DNA of 64,000 nt from NCBI GenBank assembly GCA_029551395.1, contig JAKPFN010000014.1, positions 319 to 64,318 on the forward strand. The letters run 5' to 3'. This document shows positions 16,204 to 26,143 of the stretch, in pieces. How positions within the stretch are numbered: the first letter of the stretch is position 1; the number at the start of each line of letters is the position of its first letter. The notes under the pieces were generated by a model, which saw nothing but the letters and a program-made list of their open reading frames with translations, ran no database searches and was not told the origin of the DNA. This stretch comes from Armatimonadota bacterium. Its GTDB lineage: Bacteria > Armatimonadota > UBA5829 > DTLH01. A program made the translations under genes and the position numbers.

Positions 16204-16990
16204 TAAAAAACCAGGAAAAATATTTAATCCGGCTGCATTAATCCTGATACTGTTTGCTGTGCTTATGCTGGGCTTTTCAGCAGCTCCTACTCAGGCAAAA
16301 GGCTCAAAAGGCAGACAGGAGATTAATCTGAACAAAGAACAGAGGGACAGACTTCAACGCCACATCGAACAAAACAAAGGTGAAGTGGCTGATGTCAGAC
16401 GGCAGATTCAGGCTGCTCGCTCAGACCTGTCTCAGCAGCTTCGCCAGTATGATGTTGACGAACGCAAAGTCCAGCAGACCATCCGCCGGATCAACGACCT
16501 GCAGACCAGACTTCAGCTAATCCATCTTGAAAATCAGGTCAAGCTGCGCGATATCCTGACCAAAGAGCAGTTTGCCGACCTTCGCGAAGCCGTTGGCAGC
16601 CGAGGAATGGATGGAGACGAAGTTCACGCATGGCCAGAAAGAGACGGCCCACACGCAAGAAACGTTCAGAACCTGGACCTATCAGAACAGCAGCAGGATC
16701 GGATAAACAAGCTGTTTCAACGATCCACTGAATCAATGAACGTACTCATACGCAAGGCCAAAGGCGATGCTGGCAGTCTTCGAGAGCTTTATCTGAGCTA
16801 CAGCCTGGATACAAAACGTGCTAAGGAGATTATCAACCGGCTAAGCAATACCAGGTTGGAAATCTTGAAAACGATGGTGGACCGTCAGGTTGAACTGCGG
16901 AATATCTTGACCAAGAAGCAGTTTGAAGCGCTGGCAAAAAGTATGCCTGGGCATGGCGGTGGATCGGGTAAAGGCCGCGGACGAAGGTAG
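16193..16990 (+). CDS. Periplasmic Spy/CpxP-family (LTXXQ) protein with a duplicated domain
   Basis: Signal peptide 'ILILFAVLMLGFSAAPTQA'. Two LTXXQ motifs ('ILTKEQF', 'ILTKKQF'). Gly-rich basic C-terminus. Start overlaps the anti-sigma stop. Confidence 0.6.
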   Translation: MHFNKKPGKIFNPAALILILFAVLMLGFSAAPTQAKGSKGRQEINLNKEQRDRLQRHIEQNKGEVADVRRQIQAARSDLSQQLRQYDVDERKVQQTIRRINDLQTRLQLIHLENQVKLRDILTKEQFADLREAVGSRGMDGDEVHAWPERDGPHARNVQNLDLSEQQQDRINKLFQRSTESMNVLIRKAKGDAGSLRELYLSYSLDTKRAKEIINRLSNTRLEILKTMVDRQVELRNILTKKQFEALAKSMPGHGGGSGKGRGRR

Positions 16991-17038
16991 CTTTGACTAT
17001 ATATCACGTTACAAAGGCTGATCCTCACGGATTGGCCT

Positions 17039-17302
17039 TTACTTTGTACCTACCCGTTTCCTGATCTCTTCTTCGTCCAGTCCTTCTATCTCAAATGCCT
17101 TGTCCCGGCTTTTTTCACCCGATACAAGCGTCACCTGAGACCGCTTTACGCCTAGAACCTTGGCAAGGAAATCAACACAAGCTTTATTGGCAGCGCCTTC
17201 GACTGGAGGTGCAGTCAGCTTGACGGCAAGAACATCATCCCGCCAGCCTATAACCTCTTCCTTGGACCCTCTGGGAGTGACACGAACCTTGAGCCTTGAC
17301 AT
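17039..17302 (-). CDS. DUF167 (YggU-like) protein
   Basis: 87 aa. 'KVRVTPRGSKEEV...LAVKLTAPPVEGAANKA' is typical of the DUF167/YggU family. Confidence 0.65.
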   Translation of the reverse strand: MSRLKVRVTPRGSKEEVIGWRDDVLAVKLTAPPVEGAANKACVDFLAKVLGVKRSQVTLVSGEKSRDKAFEIEGLDEEEIRKRVGTK

Positions 17303-17306
17303 GAGA

Positions 17307-18236
17307 CTACATCCGCTTCAGGATTACATTCGGCAGTAAGCGGTCGATATCTGCTCTCTTGCCCATCTCTACTCCCGAACTCATTGCAGTTGCCGCACCT
17401 GCTGCAGAGCCTAAGGCAAGCGCCTGAGCCAGAGTCTCACCTCTTGCTATTGCTGCAGCTATACCGGCAACCATCGAATCCCCCGAACCTATCGTGCTGA
17501 TTGTCTCGACTGAAGGTGGAACCGCATGCCAGACCTCATCTTTAGTAGCAGCAACCGCTCCATGCTTCCCCATCGATACTACAACTATCTCAACACCTTG
17601 CTGCACCCGGTTCTTCGCTGCTTCGGCAACATCCTCAGTTGCAGTCAGCTTTTTCCCGCAAATCCGCTCTGCTTCTGCACGATTAGGCTTAATCATTACA
17701 GGATGAGACTCTATACCCAGGATAAGCGGCTCACCATCAGCATCCAAAATTGCCTGGGCACCTTCCTTTTGGGCCATAGCAATCAAATCTCGATAAATGC
17801 CTGTGTCAATCCCCTGCGGAATACTGCCGGCAAAGATCATAATCCGGCTTCTGCCAGCCCAATACTTGATTTTTTCTTTGAGCTGTTCCAATTCCTCCGG
17901 TAAGATTGGCCCGCCTTTTTCATTAAGCGTGGTTGGCGGATTGCCATTCAGGTCTTCAATGGCTACATTGGTGCGGGTTTCTACCCTGGTTTGAACAAAA
18001 TCGGTGGGAATGCCTTCTTCTGCCAGGTCAGATGTGATGAACCTTCCGGCTCGACCGCCGACAAAACCGAGTGCAATCGTCTCTTCTCCAAGGACAGCAA
18101 GCATTCTGGATGCGTTTATCCCTTTACCGCCAGCATCCAGTTCAACTTTTCGGACTCGGTTGGTATCTCCTACTTGCAAACCTTCGACAAAAACGGTCTT
18201 GTCTAATGCTGGATTGAGAGTAACGGTTGCAATCAT
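17307..18236 (-). CDS. PfkB-family sugar kinase (1-phosphofructokinase / tagatose-6-P kinase type)
   Basis: 309 aa. 'TLNPALDKT' at the N-terminus, the 'GGKGIN' motif, and the C-terminal 'GSGDSMVAG' anion hole. Confidence 0.8.
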   Translation of the reverse strand: MIATVTLNPALDKTVFVEGLQVGDTNRVRKVELDAGGKGINASRMLAVLGEETIALGFVGGRAGRFITSDLAEEGIPTDFVQTRVETRTNVAIEDLNGNPPTTLNEKGGPILPEELEQLKEKIKYWAGRSRIMIFAGSIPQGIDTGIYRDLIAMAQKEGAQAILDADGEPLILGIESHPVMIKPNRAEAERICGKKLTATEDVAEAAKNRVQQGVEIVVVSMGKHGAVAATKDEVWHAVPPSVETISTIGSGDSMVAGIAAAIARGETLAQALALGSAAGAATAMSSGVEMGKRADIDRLLPNVILKRM

Positions 18237-18304
18237 ATCAGCGGCCCTTAAACCAAAAAGAGGGATGAAGAGTTACTCTCCATCCCTTACAGTCTTTACC
18301 AAAT

Positions 18305-19261
18305 TTACTCGTGGTATTTTATCTCGCTGGCAGTCAATCCGCTCACAGCACCGTTTCGGCCTGCTTTTCCGTTAGACCCAAACAGTTTGATGTAGTAGCG
18401 AACGACTTCCTTGACTGCGTTCTTTCCGGGGAGCATGATCTTGCGCATATCTTTCTCGCCCGGTCTGGCCTCAAAGGCTTCCTTCATACCACGGAGGTAA
18501 GCCATCGAAAGCTCGGTAGCAACGTTGACTTTGGAGATACCATGCTTGATAGCATCTTCAAGTGTTCCTTGATGGGGCTCAAGCTTCACGCCCTTTTCTG
18601 CAGCGTCCGCGCGAGTGCAGAGAACACCTGATGCACCATGCAGAACGAGTGGAAGACCCGTACGCTGCTTGATCTCATCAAGGCGCTCTATGTTCAACGG
18701 CTGGATGCTTTCCTTCATTCCGTGAACGCTTCCAATAGCAACTGCCATAGAGTCACAGTCGGTTTCCTCTACAAATCTCTGAGCCTGCTCAGGATCTGCC
18801 ATAAGATTATCGACCTGCTCCTGGGTCAGATTATCTTCGACCTTCGGAATCTTACCAAGCTCCGCTTCGACCGGCACGCCTACTGCATGGGCGATTTCGG
18901 TGATCTTGCGGGTGATTTTTATATTCTCATCGAGCGGAAGGCTCGACCCGTCGAACATAAGACTGGTGAATCCGGCACGCAGGCATCGGACATTCTGAAG
19001 GAAGTCCGTGCCATGGTCAAGGTGAAGCACTACAGGAACTGTCGCCAATTCGGCTGCGGTCTTGACTAACATTGTGGCGAACTCAAGTCCTGCATAGGCA
19101 ATTGCACCCTGGCTGACTTGAAGAATTACTGGGGACTGCTCCTCCTCAGCCGTTTCGATAACGGCCTGGACGCACTCCATGTTGTTTGCGTTGAATGCTC
19201 CAACTGCAAAGCCCTCCGCCTGGGCTCGCTTAAGAAGCTCTTTGCTGGTTACGAGAGGCAT
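18305..19261 (-). CDS. fba: Class II fructose-bisphosphate aldolase
   Basis: 318 aa. 'VVLHLDHG', 'LMFDGS' and 'HGASG' metal/substrate motifs of class II FBA/TBP aldolases. Confidence 0.85.
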   Translation of the reverse strand: MPLVTSKELLKRAQAEGFAVGAFNANNMECVQAVIETAEEEQSPVILQVSQGAIAYAGLEFATMLVKTAAELATVPVVLHLDHGTDFLQNVRCLRAGFTSLMFDGSSLPLDENIKITRKITEIAHAVGVPVEAELGKIPKVEDNLTQEQVDNLMADPEQAQRFVEETDCDSMAVAIGSVHGMKESIQPLNIERLDEIKQRTGLPLVLHGASGVLCTRADAAEKGVKLEPHQGTLEDAIKHGISKVNVATELSMAYLRGMKEAFEARPGEKDMRKIMLPGKNAVKEVVRYYIKLFGSNGKAGRNGAVSGLTASEIKYHE

Positions 19262-19469
19262 TAGTGATCGGTGTTAGACGGCATTAAGCCGCACACGTCC
19301 TCCTTCCTGTGATTTCCTGCCTGCCTTCACATCGTTGGGAAAGAGGCAAATGCGTGTGAAAAGCCTGCGGGGCATCGCTCCGCAGGCAAACATAAAATAG
19401 TAATAGAATGAAAAGCAACGAGGTGCATACTGAACTTTAAACTCATTGCTCTTCATCTTTACTGCCTAC

Positions 19470-20042
19470 TTACAATTCCGGTTCAATAAGGCCATAGTTG
19501 CCGTCTTTACGCCGGTAAACGACGTTAAACGACTGCGTATCATCATTCAAGAACACAAAGAAATCATGGTGAAGCAGCTCCATCTGGTTGGCAGCTTCTT
19601 CAGGACTCATCGGCTTCAGTGCAAATCTCTTTGTCCGGACGATTCTTGGAGACTCCTCTTCTTCAGCAGGAACCTCTGCCAGACTCTCTACACCGACAGC
19701 CTCAGCGACCATCTGCTCTCTTTGCGCTTCCTTCTCTTTCGGGCCTTTTTCGGTAGACTTGCCGTAAAGTTTGCCCTTAAACTTCTGCACACGTCTTTCC
19801 AGCTTCTCTACAACTAGGTCTATAGACGCGTACATATCATCAGAACGTTCTTCTCCGCGGATCAGCACTCCATCGCCCTCGAGCTGTACCTCGACTATAT
19901 GCCAGTTCCGCTGAACACTCTGCGTGACCTGTGCTTCTTTAATATCTCTGAAGTACTTCTCCAGCTTCTGGACTTTCTTCTCAGCGTAACGCTTGAGGGC
20001 ATCGGTCACTTCGACATTCTTGCCCTTTACTGTTACGAGCAT
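19470..20042 (-). CDS. hpf: Ribosome hibernation-promoting factor (long form)
   Basis: 190 aa. 'MLVTVKGKNVEVTDALKRYAEKKVQKLEKYF' at the N-terminus, plus the C-terminal dimerisation extension. Confidence 0.9.
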   Translation of the reverse strand: MLVTVKGKNVEVTDALKRYAEKKVQKLEKYFRDIKEAQVTQSVQRNWHIVEVQLEGDGVLIRGEERSDDMYASIDLVVEKLERRVQKFKGKLYGKSTEKGPKEKEAQREQMVAEAVGVESLAEVPAEEEESPRIVRTKRFALKPMSPEEAANQMELLHHDFFVFLNDDTQSFNVVYRRKDGNYGLIEPEL

Positions 20043-20331
20043 ATGAGGTGGAAACTCCTTTCAAATATGGTAGGCGAGCCTCAAAAGCCCTATCCCAAAC
20101 CTATCAAGTCTAACATGAGCGAGGCTAATTGTCAAACTTGAGCTTGCCGTCAGTGCATCAAAGACTCGCATCAGCCGGAATTACCAGCTATTCTTCTTAT
20201 GCCCTTGCCGACAGCTAATATCACATAATAAGCCAGTAGATTTCTGCCCCATCAGCTAATAACAAGGATTAAAACACTCTTGCCGCTAAGTAAGTATTAT
20301 AAACTGACACTATCAAATCTCAGGAGTAAAT

Positions 20332-20757
20332 ATGGCACTACGAACCGCATATGCCCAGTGGACTGGCGATTTCCAGACAGGCAGCGGCACAATCAACTTC
20401 GCCAACGATACCATCAGCGCTGATTACTCGTACGCATCAATCTTCAAAAACGCATCAGGTACGAGTCCGATTGAAATGCTTGGGGCATCGCTTGCAGGAT
20501 GTTTCACTGGAGCGCTGGCAGCGATTCTTACAAAAAACGGCAACGCTCCCAGACAGATAAACACCAAAGCGGAAGTCCACGTAAACCCAATAGAAAAAGG
20601 CTTCACTATCGCCAAAATACACCTTCACACTCAGGTAGAGGCTTCTGACATCAATGAAGCAGCGCTGACCGAATGTGCAGAACGCATCAAATGCAGTTGC
20701 CCAGTCGGCCAGGCTCTTGGAATCGTAGAAATCACAGTTAAGGCAGAATTGGCCTGA
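20332..20757 (+). CDS. osmC: OsmC/Ohr-family peroxiredoxin
   Basis: 141 aa with the two conserved Cys in 'LAGCFTG' and 'CSCPVG'. Confidence 0.85.
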   Translation: MALRTAYAQWTGDFQTGSGTINFANDTISADYSYASIFKNASGTSPIEMLGASLAGCFTGALAAILTKNGNAPRQINTKAEVHVNPIEKGFTIAKIHLHTQVEASDINEAALTECAERIKCSCPVGQALGIVEITVKAELA

Positions 20758-20782
20758 TTAATCTACATCTATATAAAGGCAT

Positions 20783-21385
20783 TTATTTTCTTACAAGTCC
20801 AAAGTCGCCATCTGTCATGGTGAGAGAAAACTGCACACCACACATTCGGCATCTGGACTCGGCACCCGGTGTTGGATTAGCGCCAAACGAAACCGTCCAT
20901 CCGCAGACTGGGCAGAAGAATGCTGTCTCGTGTGTCTTTTCTTCAATGCCTTTAATCAAGCTGCGAAGACCGTTGACATGACCACGCTCGGCTCTGGCAA
21001 GCTCAAGAAACAGCTCTTTTACTTGCTCATCAGACGCCTGTGCAGCAAATCCTGAGTATATCTTTACAGCCTCAGACTCAAACTCAAAATCTGCTCTGAG
21101 CATAGCCAGATTGGTCTTCTGCCCAAAAATCTGATCTCCCGTAAAAATCATCTGCTCCAAAGTCGGTCCTGGAAACGTTTCGGCAACCTTCGGATCACCC
21201 TTGTAACGATCAATCAGCTTGATCAAATCCCTTTCATGCCCGTTTTCATTCCGCATCAGACCTTGAAGAAGCGCAAGGATAAGCGGATCTGATGTTTTAT
21301 TCTGGTGATCCTGATACCGCGCGACGGCAGCAATCTCCAGGTTGAGCGATGTATATAAGTTCTGTAGATCAACGGATGTGGACAT
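20783..21385 (-). CDS. Rubrerythrin-like ferritin-fold protein with a C-terminal zinc-ribbon (rubredoxin-like) domain
   Basis: Track ORF 20783..21451. The start is reassigned to the ATG at 21385, after SD 'aagagga'. Paired E-x-x-H motifs ('NENGHERD', 'RAERGHVNG') and a C-terminal 'CPVCG...CRMCG'. Confidence 0.55.
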   Translation of the reverse strand: MSTSVDLQNLYTSLNLEIAAVARYQDHQNKTSDPLILALLQGLMRNENGHERDLIKLIDRYKGDPKVAETFPGPTLEQMIFTGDQIFGQKTNLAMLRADFEFESEAVKIYSGFAAQASDEQVKELFLELARAERGHVNGLRSLIKGIEEKTHETAFFCPVCGWTVSFGANPTPGAESRCRMCGVQFSLTMTDGDFGLVRK

Positions 21386-21443
21386 TGTCTTAGTTTCCTC
21401 TTTTCTCAATAAAAAGATATGAATAAAATCTGCCTGAGCAACA

Positions 21444-22727
21444 TCAGGCAAAACTGGCTAAAGTAGCTTCAAATCCAGGATAGGAAGTCCTGATGCACTC
21501 GGTATCATGGACTACAGTTTCTCCTGAAGCTGCCATACCTGCAACAGCACAGGACATTGCTATACGATGGTCTCCGTGAGACTGGCACTCAGTTCCTGTA
21601 AGCTCTGACCTGCCGTAGATAACCATACCATCCGGCAGCTCATCTATACTTACCCCAAATTTGGCAAGTTCAACAGCTACCGTAGCAATTCTATCCGTTT
21701 CTTTAACCCGAAGTTCCTTTGCATCGGTGATTACAGTATCTCCCTCAGCAACTGCAGCAGCTACAGCCAGAATCGGCACTTCATCTATCAGCCTCGGGAT
21801 AAGCTCACCCTTGATTTCCGTTCCATGAAGGCTGCTTGTCCTCACAACAATGTCAGCCGCAGACTCTCCTGCTTCTTCGCGGATATTCTCCAGAACAAGG
21901 TTTGCCCCCATTGCCCGAAGAGCATCGATTATCCCTGTCCTTGTGGGATTTATCCCGACATTGGTGATTGTAAGCTCTGAATTCGGGATTATGAGACCTG
22001 CAACCATCCAATATGCAGCCGAGGATATATCGCCAGGAACCTGCACCGACTGTGCGTTAAGCTGCGGCCTTCCAACTACGGTTGCGGTCGTCCTTTCGCT
22101 TCTTACATCTGCCCCAAAGCCTTTAAGCATCAGTTCTGTGTGGTTTCTGGAAAGCGTGGGTTCGGTTACTGATGTCTCGCCTTCAGCAAAAAGTCCTGCC
22201 AGAAGGATTGCCGACTTCACCTGAGCGCTTGCTACGGGAGATTGATAGCTGATAGGCCAAAGCTCGCCGCCGATGATGCTCAGAGGCGCCTTATCTCCGC
22301 CTTCCCGGCCAAAAATCATCGCTCCCATTTCTTTTAACGGCTCTACTACCCGTCCCATAGGCCGCCTGCGGATAGACTCGTCTCCTGTTATGACTGAATA
22401 GAACGATTGACCAGCCAGCACTCCGGTTATAAGCCTGATTCCGGTTCCTGAGTTGCCGACATCTATAACATCTCCCGGTTCCCGAAGCCCATCAAGCCCA
22501 TTTCCGTGGATTTCCAACACATCAGGAAACGGCCAGGAGATGGAAACTCCAAGACGCATAAACGCCCGAGCCGTATTGAGGCAGTCTTCACTTCTGAGGA
22601 ATCCTGTAACCTGTGTTGTTCCCTTAGCAAGCGAACCCAGGATAACCGCCCGGTGGCTGATAGACTTATCCCCCGGTACGCTGACCTCTCCCACAAGCCC
22701 TATTGTACTTTTAACTTTCAATTCCAT
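21444..22727 (-). CDS. aroA: 3-phosphoshikimate 1-carboxyvinyltransferase (EPSP synthase)
   Basis: 427 aa. 'LVGEVSVPGDKSISHRAVILGSLA' and 'NSGTGIRL' signatures. Confidence 0.9.
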   Translation of the reverse strand: MELKVKSTIGLVGEVSVPGDKSISHRAVILGSLAKGTTQVTGFLRSEDCLNTARAFMRLGVSISWPFPDVLEIHGNGLDGLREPGDVIDVGNSGTGIRLITGVLAGQSFYSVITGDESIRRRPMGRVVEPLKEMGAMIFGREGGDKAPLSIIGGELWPISYQSPVASAQVKSAILLAGLFAEGETSVTEPTLSRNHTELMLKGFGADVRSERTTATVVGRPQLNAQSVQVPGDISSAAYWMVAGLIIPNSELTITNVGINPTRTGIIDALRAMGANLVLENIREEAGESAADIVVRTSSLHGTEIKGELIPRLIDEVPILAVAAAVAEGDTVITDAKELRVKETDRIATVAVELAKFGVSIDELPDGMVIYGRSELTGTECQSHGDHRIAMSCAVAGMAASGETVVHDTECIRTSYPGFEATLASFA

Positions 22728-22765
22728 TATCTAGCTCAAAACGGCTGCCTGAAACTTGCTGACTC

Positions 22766-23662
22766 TCATTCAGTCTCGGAATCATCAGGAAAATCTTTCG
22801 CCCAACTATCTCTAATCATCTTGCCTTCTGAGAAGTGCCGCTTGACCACTTTAGCATCGCCGGACTCTATTCCCATTCTGACTTCGGTAAGCAGATCCTC
22901 AAGCTTCTTCAATGCAGAACTGATAGCCTCCTTGCTGGAAAGGCATATATCTACCCATATCTCAGGAGGACTGGAAGCTACCCTCGTCATATCCCTAAAA
23001 CTGCCTGCTGCAAGCTCCAAAACCTGCCCTGACTTTGCTTGTTCCTCTGCTGCAAGCCTCAGGATTGCCGATGCAAGAACGTGAGGCACGTGGCTAATTA
23101 TCGCCACACTTCGGTCATGTTGTTCCGGGTCCATCAGAATAACATTGGAACCAAGCCCTTCAGCAAACCGAACAAGTGTATTCAACGCCATTACATCCGT
23201 CGAAGAGGTTGGAGTGATAACATAGGTAGCATTCAGAAACAGGTAAGGCAGCGCTGCTTCGACTCCATCGGCCTCTGATCCAGCCATTGGATGCCCACCG
23301 ACAAAGAACCTGCCTTCTGGAAGCGCCTCATCTGCCCCGCGAGTAATCTCTGCCTTGGTGCTCCCTACATCAGTTACGATTGCTCCTTCTTTAAGGACTG
23401 GGGCAATTGCTTTGATGGTTGGCACAATAGCAAGGACCGGAGTGCAGATGAATACAATGTCCGCCTCTCGCACTCCGGCAAGAAGATCAGTAGTATAGGC
23501 ATCGACTGCGGCCAGTTCCTGGGCACGATGAAGCTTGCGAGCATCGCGGCCTATCCCGATGACCTTTCTGGCCAATCCTCTGGCCTTCGCTGCCATCCCG
23601 ATTGACCCGCCAATCAGACCAACGCCTATTATGGAGATTGTGTCTACTACTCGCTCGCCCAT
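22766..23662 (-). CDS. tyrA: Prephenate/arogenate dehydrogenase
   Basis: 298 aa. N-terminal Rossmann '[12 protein letters not shown]' and the 'GGHPMAGSE' catalytic motif. Confidence 0.85.
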   Translation of the reverse strand: MGERVVDTISIIGVGLIGGSIGMAAKARGLARKVIGIGRDARKLHRAQELAAVDAYTTDLLAGVREADIVFICTPVLAIVPTIKAIAPVLKEGAIVTDVGSTKAEITRGADEALPEGRFFVGGHPMAGSEADGVEAALPYLFLNATYVITPTSSTDVMALNTLVRFAEGLGSNVILMDPEQHDRSVAIISHVPHVLASAILRLAAEEQAKSGQVLELAAGSFRDMTRVASSPPEIWVDICLSSKEAISSALKKLEDLLTEVRMGIESGDAKVVKRHFSEGKMIRDSWAKDFPDDSETE

Positions 23663-23709
23663 AGTCTTACAGATCGAGGAATGACTGATAAATCGTTAAA
23701 TCCTGATCC

Positions 23710-24732
23710 TTATACAAACCTTCCCACAGCTCGCGCACACAGCCCAATTTCCGTCATAAGAGTGCTGAACATATCCGGCGTAAGTGATTGCGCTCCATCT
23801 TTAAGCGCTTTTTCCGGGCAGGGATGGACTTCTACCATTAAAACATCAGCGCCTGCAACAACCGCTGCCCTTGCTACCGGAGGAACCAGATGCACTCGGC
23901 CAGTGCCATGACTTGGATCTGCGACTATAGGCAAGTGTGTCAGCCCGAAAAGCGCTGGAATGGCGCTTACATCAAAAGTATTCCGGGTGAATGTCTCAAA
24001 CGTGCGTATTCCTCGCTCGCAGAGCATAATATTGTAGTTGCCGCGATTAGCTATATACTCAGCCGCCTGCAGCCACTCCTCAATAGTCGATGCCATACCA
24101 CGCTTTAGCATCACAGGCTTATTGGAATTCCCAATCTCCCTCAAAAGCGAGAAATTGGTCATATTTCTGGTGCCTACCTGTAGAATATCCGCATACTCTG
24201 AGACCAACTCGACATCCCTGGTGTCCATTACCTCGGTAATAAACGGCAGTCCTGTAACTTCCCGCGCTGCTGCAAGAATCTTGAGGGCATCTTCTCCAAG
24301 TCCGTGAAAACTGTAAGGAGATGTGCTTGGTTTGAACGCGCCACCTCGTAGTATCGATGCACCTGCTGCTTTTACTGCCTTGGCTGTCTCGATAGTCTGC
24401 TCTTCGCTCTCAACCGAGCATGGCCCGGCCATTACAACAATCTTTTGACCACCTATATCGACTCCTCCAACCCTGATTATCGACTTATCCGGATGGAACT
24501 CGCGGCTGACTATTTTATACGGCTTCAGGATTGGAATAACACGCTCAACATAGTCAAATGACGAGAGCTGTTCCGCAATAATCGCCTTATCCTGGTCTGG
24601 TGCGCCAATAGCTCCGACTATCGTTTTTTCTACGCCTTTGGATATGTGGACTCCATAACCACGATCCTCCAGGTTTTGGACTAACTCTTGAAGGTCGCCC
24701 TCCGTAGCTGCTGGAGTCAATAGGATGATCAT
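23710..24732 (-). CDS. aroF: 3-deoxy-7-phosphoheptulonate (DAHP) synthase, type I-beta, with an N-terminal regulatory domain
   Basis: 340 aa with a ~75-aa N-terminal ferredoxin-like domain and then a KDO8P/DAHP-synthase core ('MAGPCSVES', '[15 protein letters not shown]', 'ADPSHG'). Confidence 0.85.
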   Translation of the reverse strand: MIILLTPAATEGDLQELVQNLEDRGYGVHISKGVEKTIVGAIGAPDQDKAIIAEQLSSFDYVERVIPILKPYKIVSREFHPDKSIIRVGGVDIGGQKIVVMAGPCSVESEEQTIETAKAVKAAGASILRGGAFKPSTSPYSFHGLGEDALKILAAAREVTGLPFITEVMDTRDVELVSEYADILQVGTRNMTNFSLLREIGNSNKPVMLKRGMASTIEEWLQAAEYIANRGNYNIMLCERGIRTFETFTRNTFDVSAIPALFGLTHLPIVADPSHGTGRVHLVPPVARAAVVAGADVLMVEVHPCPEKALKDGAQSLTPDMFSTLMTEIGLCARAVGRFV

Positions 24733-24791
24733 AAACTTCCCTTTCCAAGAACACGTGCGGCAAAGATTCTCATCTCAAAAATCCTGCCATT

Positions 24792-25904
24792 TTACCCTTT
24801 ACTACTTATACTCCCTAAAACTTCTTCAAGTGCCTTGATGCACCGTTCATTATCCTGCGGTAGTCCTGTGGAGATGCGGATATGGGTCGGCCAACCAAAA
24901 ACATCTCCCGTGCGGATGATAACCCCGCGCTTGAGCAGTTCAACAAACACCTGCTTGCTGTCTTGTCCAACATCCACCCACACGAAATTAGCCTCGCTTG
25001 GCACGTATTTCAATCCAAGCCGGTCGAACTGGCTGTAGAAATAATTCTTGCCATCACTATTCATCATCCTGCTTTTGATGACCTGGTCCTGGTCTTGAAG
25101 ACTGGCAATTGCAGCCACCTGGGCAATAGAACCTACATTAAACGGCAGTCTGATACGTTCTATTAAGCTTATCAACTCCGGTCTTGCAATAGCATAACCC
25201 AGCCTCAGTCCGGCAAGGCCGTAAATCTTCGAAAAAGTCCTGAGCAGGATGACATTTCTGCCTTCCAATACCCACTTTAACCCGTTTGGATAGTCCGAGC
25301 GTTCAATATACTCATAATACGCTTCATCCAGAACAAGAATCGCACGCTCAGGCAGAGCATCAAGAATCCTCTCAGCATCTTTATGAGGCAGCATATTCCC
25401 TGTCGGATTGTTAGGGTTGGCAATAAAAACCAGCTTGGTATGCTCATTAAATTGGTCAATCAACGCATCTACGTCATAACTGAAGTCCTCATGTAGAGGA
25501 ACCATACAGCATGTGCAATTATTCGAAGTTGCCGCACCTTCATACTGGCTGAATGTCGGATCGCTTTGAATTACGCAATCGCCTTCCTCAAGGAAAACAT
25601 TGCCAATCTCTCTTATCAGCTCATCCGATCCTGCGCCAAATGAAAGGTAATCCGGCTGCACCCCAAGATGACTTGCAAGCGCATTACGCAGCGTAAAGCA
25701 ACTGCCATCTGGATACAGCGCAACATTATCGCAGGCTTTCTTCATAGCCTCGATAGCTTTCGGGCTGGCCCCAAGCGGATTTTCGTTCGAAGCCAGCTTC
25801 ACAATATCCGTCAACCCATATTCCCTCTGGACTTCCTCTATCGGTTTGCCAGGAATATAAGGCTTGAGTCTTAAAACGCATTCTTTACAAAGTCTTGGAG
25901 ACAC
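24792..25904 (-). CDS. hisC: Histidinol-phosphate aminotransferase
   Basis: Track ORF runs to 25946 with a TTG. A likelier start is the GTG at 25904, after 'gaggtg'. 'KLASNENPLG', the class-II aminotransferase fold, and the PLP lysine in 'SKIYGLAGLRLGY'. Confidence 0.85.
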   Translation of the reverse strand: MSPRLCKECVLRLKPYIPGKPIEEVQREYGLTDIVKLASNENPLGASPKAIEAMKKACDNVALYPDGSCFTLRNALASHLGVQPDYLSFGAGSDELIREIGNVFLEEGDCVIQSDPTFSQYEGAATSNNCTCCMVPLHEDFSYDVDALIDQFNEHTKLVFIANPNNPTGNMLPHKDAERILDALPERAILVLDEAYYEYIERSDYPNGLKWVLEGRNVILLRTFSKIYGLAGLRLGYAIARPELISLIERIRLPFNVGSIAQVAAIASLQDQDQVIKSRMMNSDGKNYFYSQFDRLGLKYVPSEANFVWVDVGQDSKQVFVELLKRGVIIRTGDVFGWPTHIRISTGLPQDNERCIKALEEVLGSISSKG

Positions 25905-26143
25905 GTGATTATTCACCTCATCTGTTATAAATGAAGTATAGCACAAAGGTGGGAATCAATAGAAACTCGTAAGGATTAAGTTACTATTAAGGCTGTTTGA
26001 GATACATGGATTAGTCATCCCATACTGCCGGAAACGGGGAGACGAGGAAAGAAAGTAAAAAAACAAAAATACAGAGAACAGACAAAATCTCAATCTCTTT
26101 TTTGCTTTCTCACTTTCGAGCTTTCCTCGTCTATCTCTATCCT

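Noticed and set aside
24792-25946. Annotated starts for hisC (25946), fabH (46881) and the TPR gene (59699)
   Set aside because: Each of these track starts is a TTG with no SD. In-frame GTG or ATG codons with SDs and family-typical N-termini lie just downstream, so the starts were moved (to 25904, 46824 and 59702 respectively).
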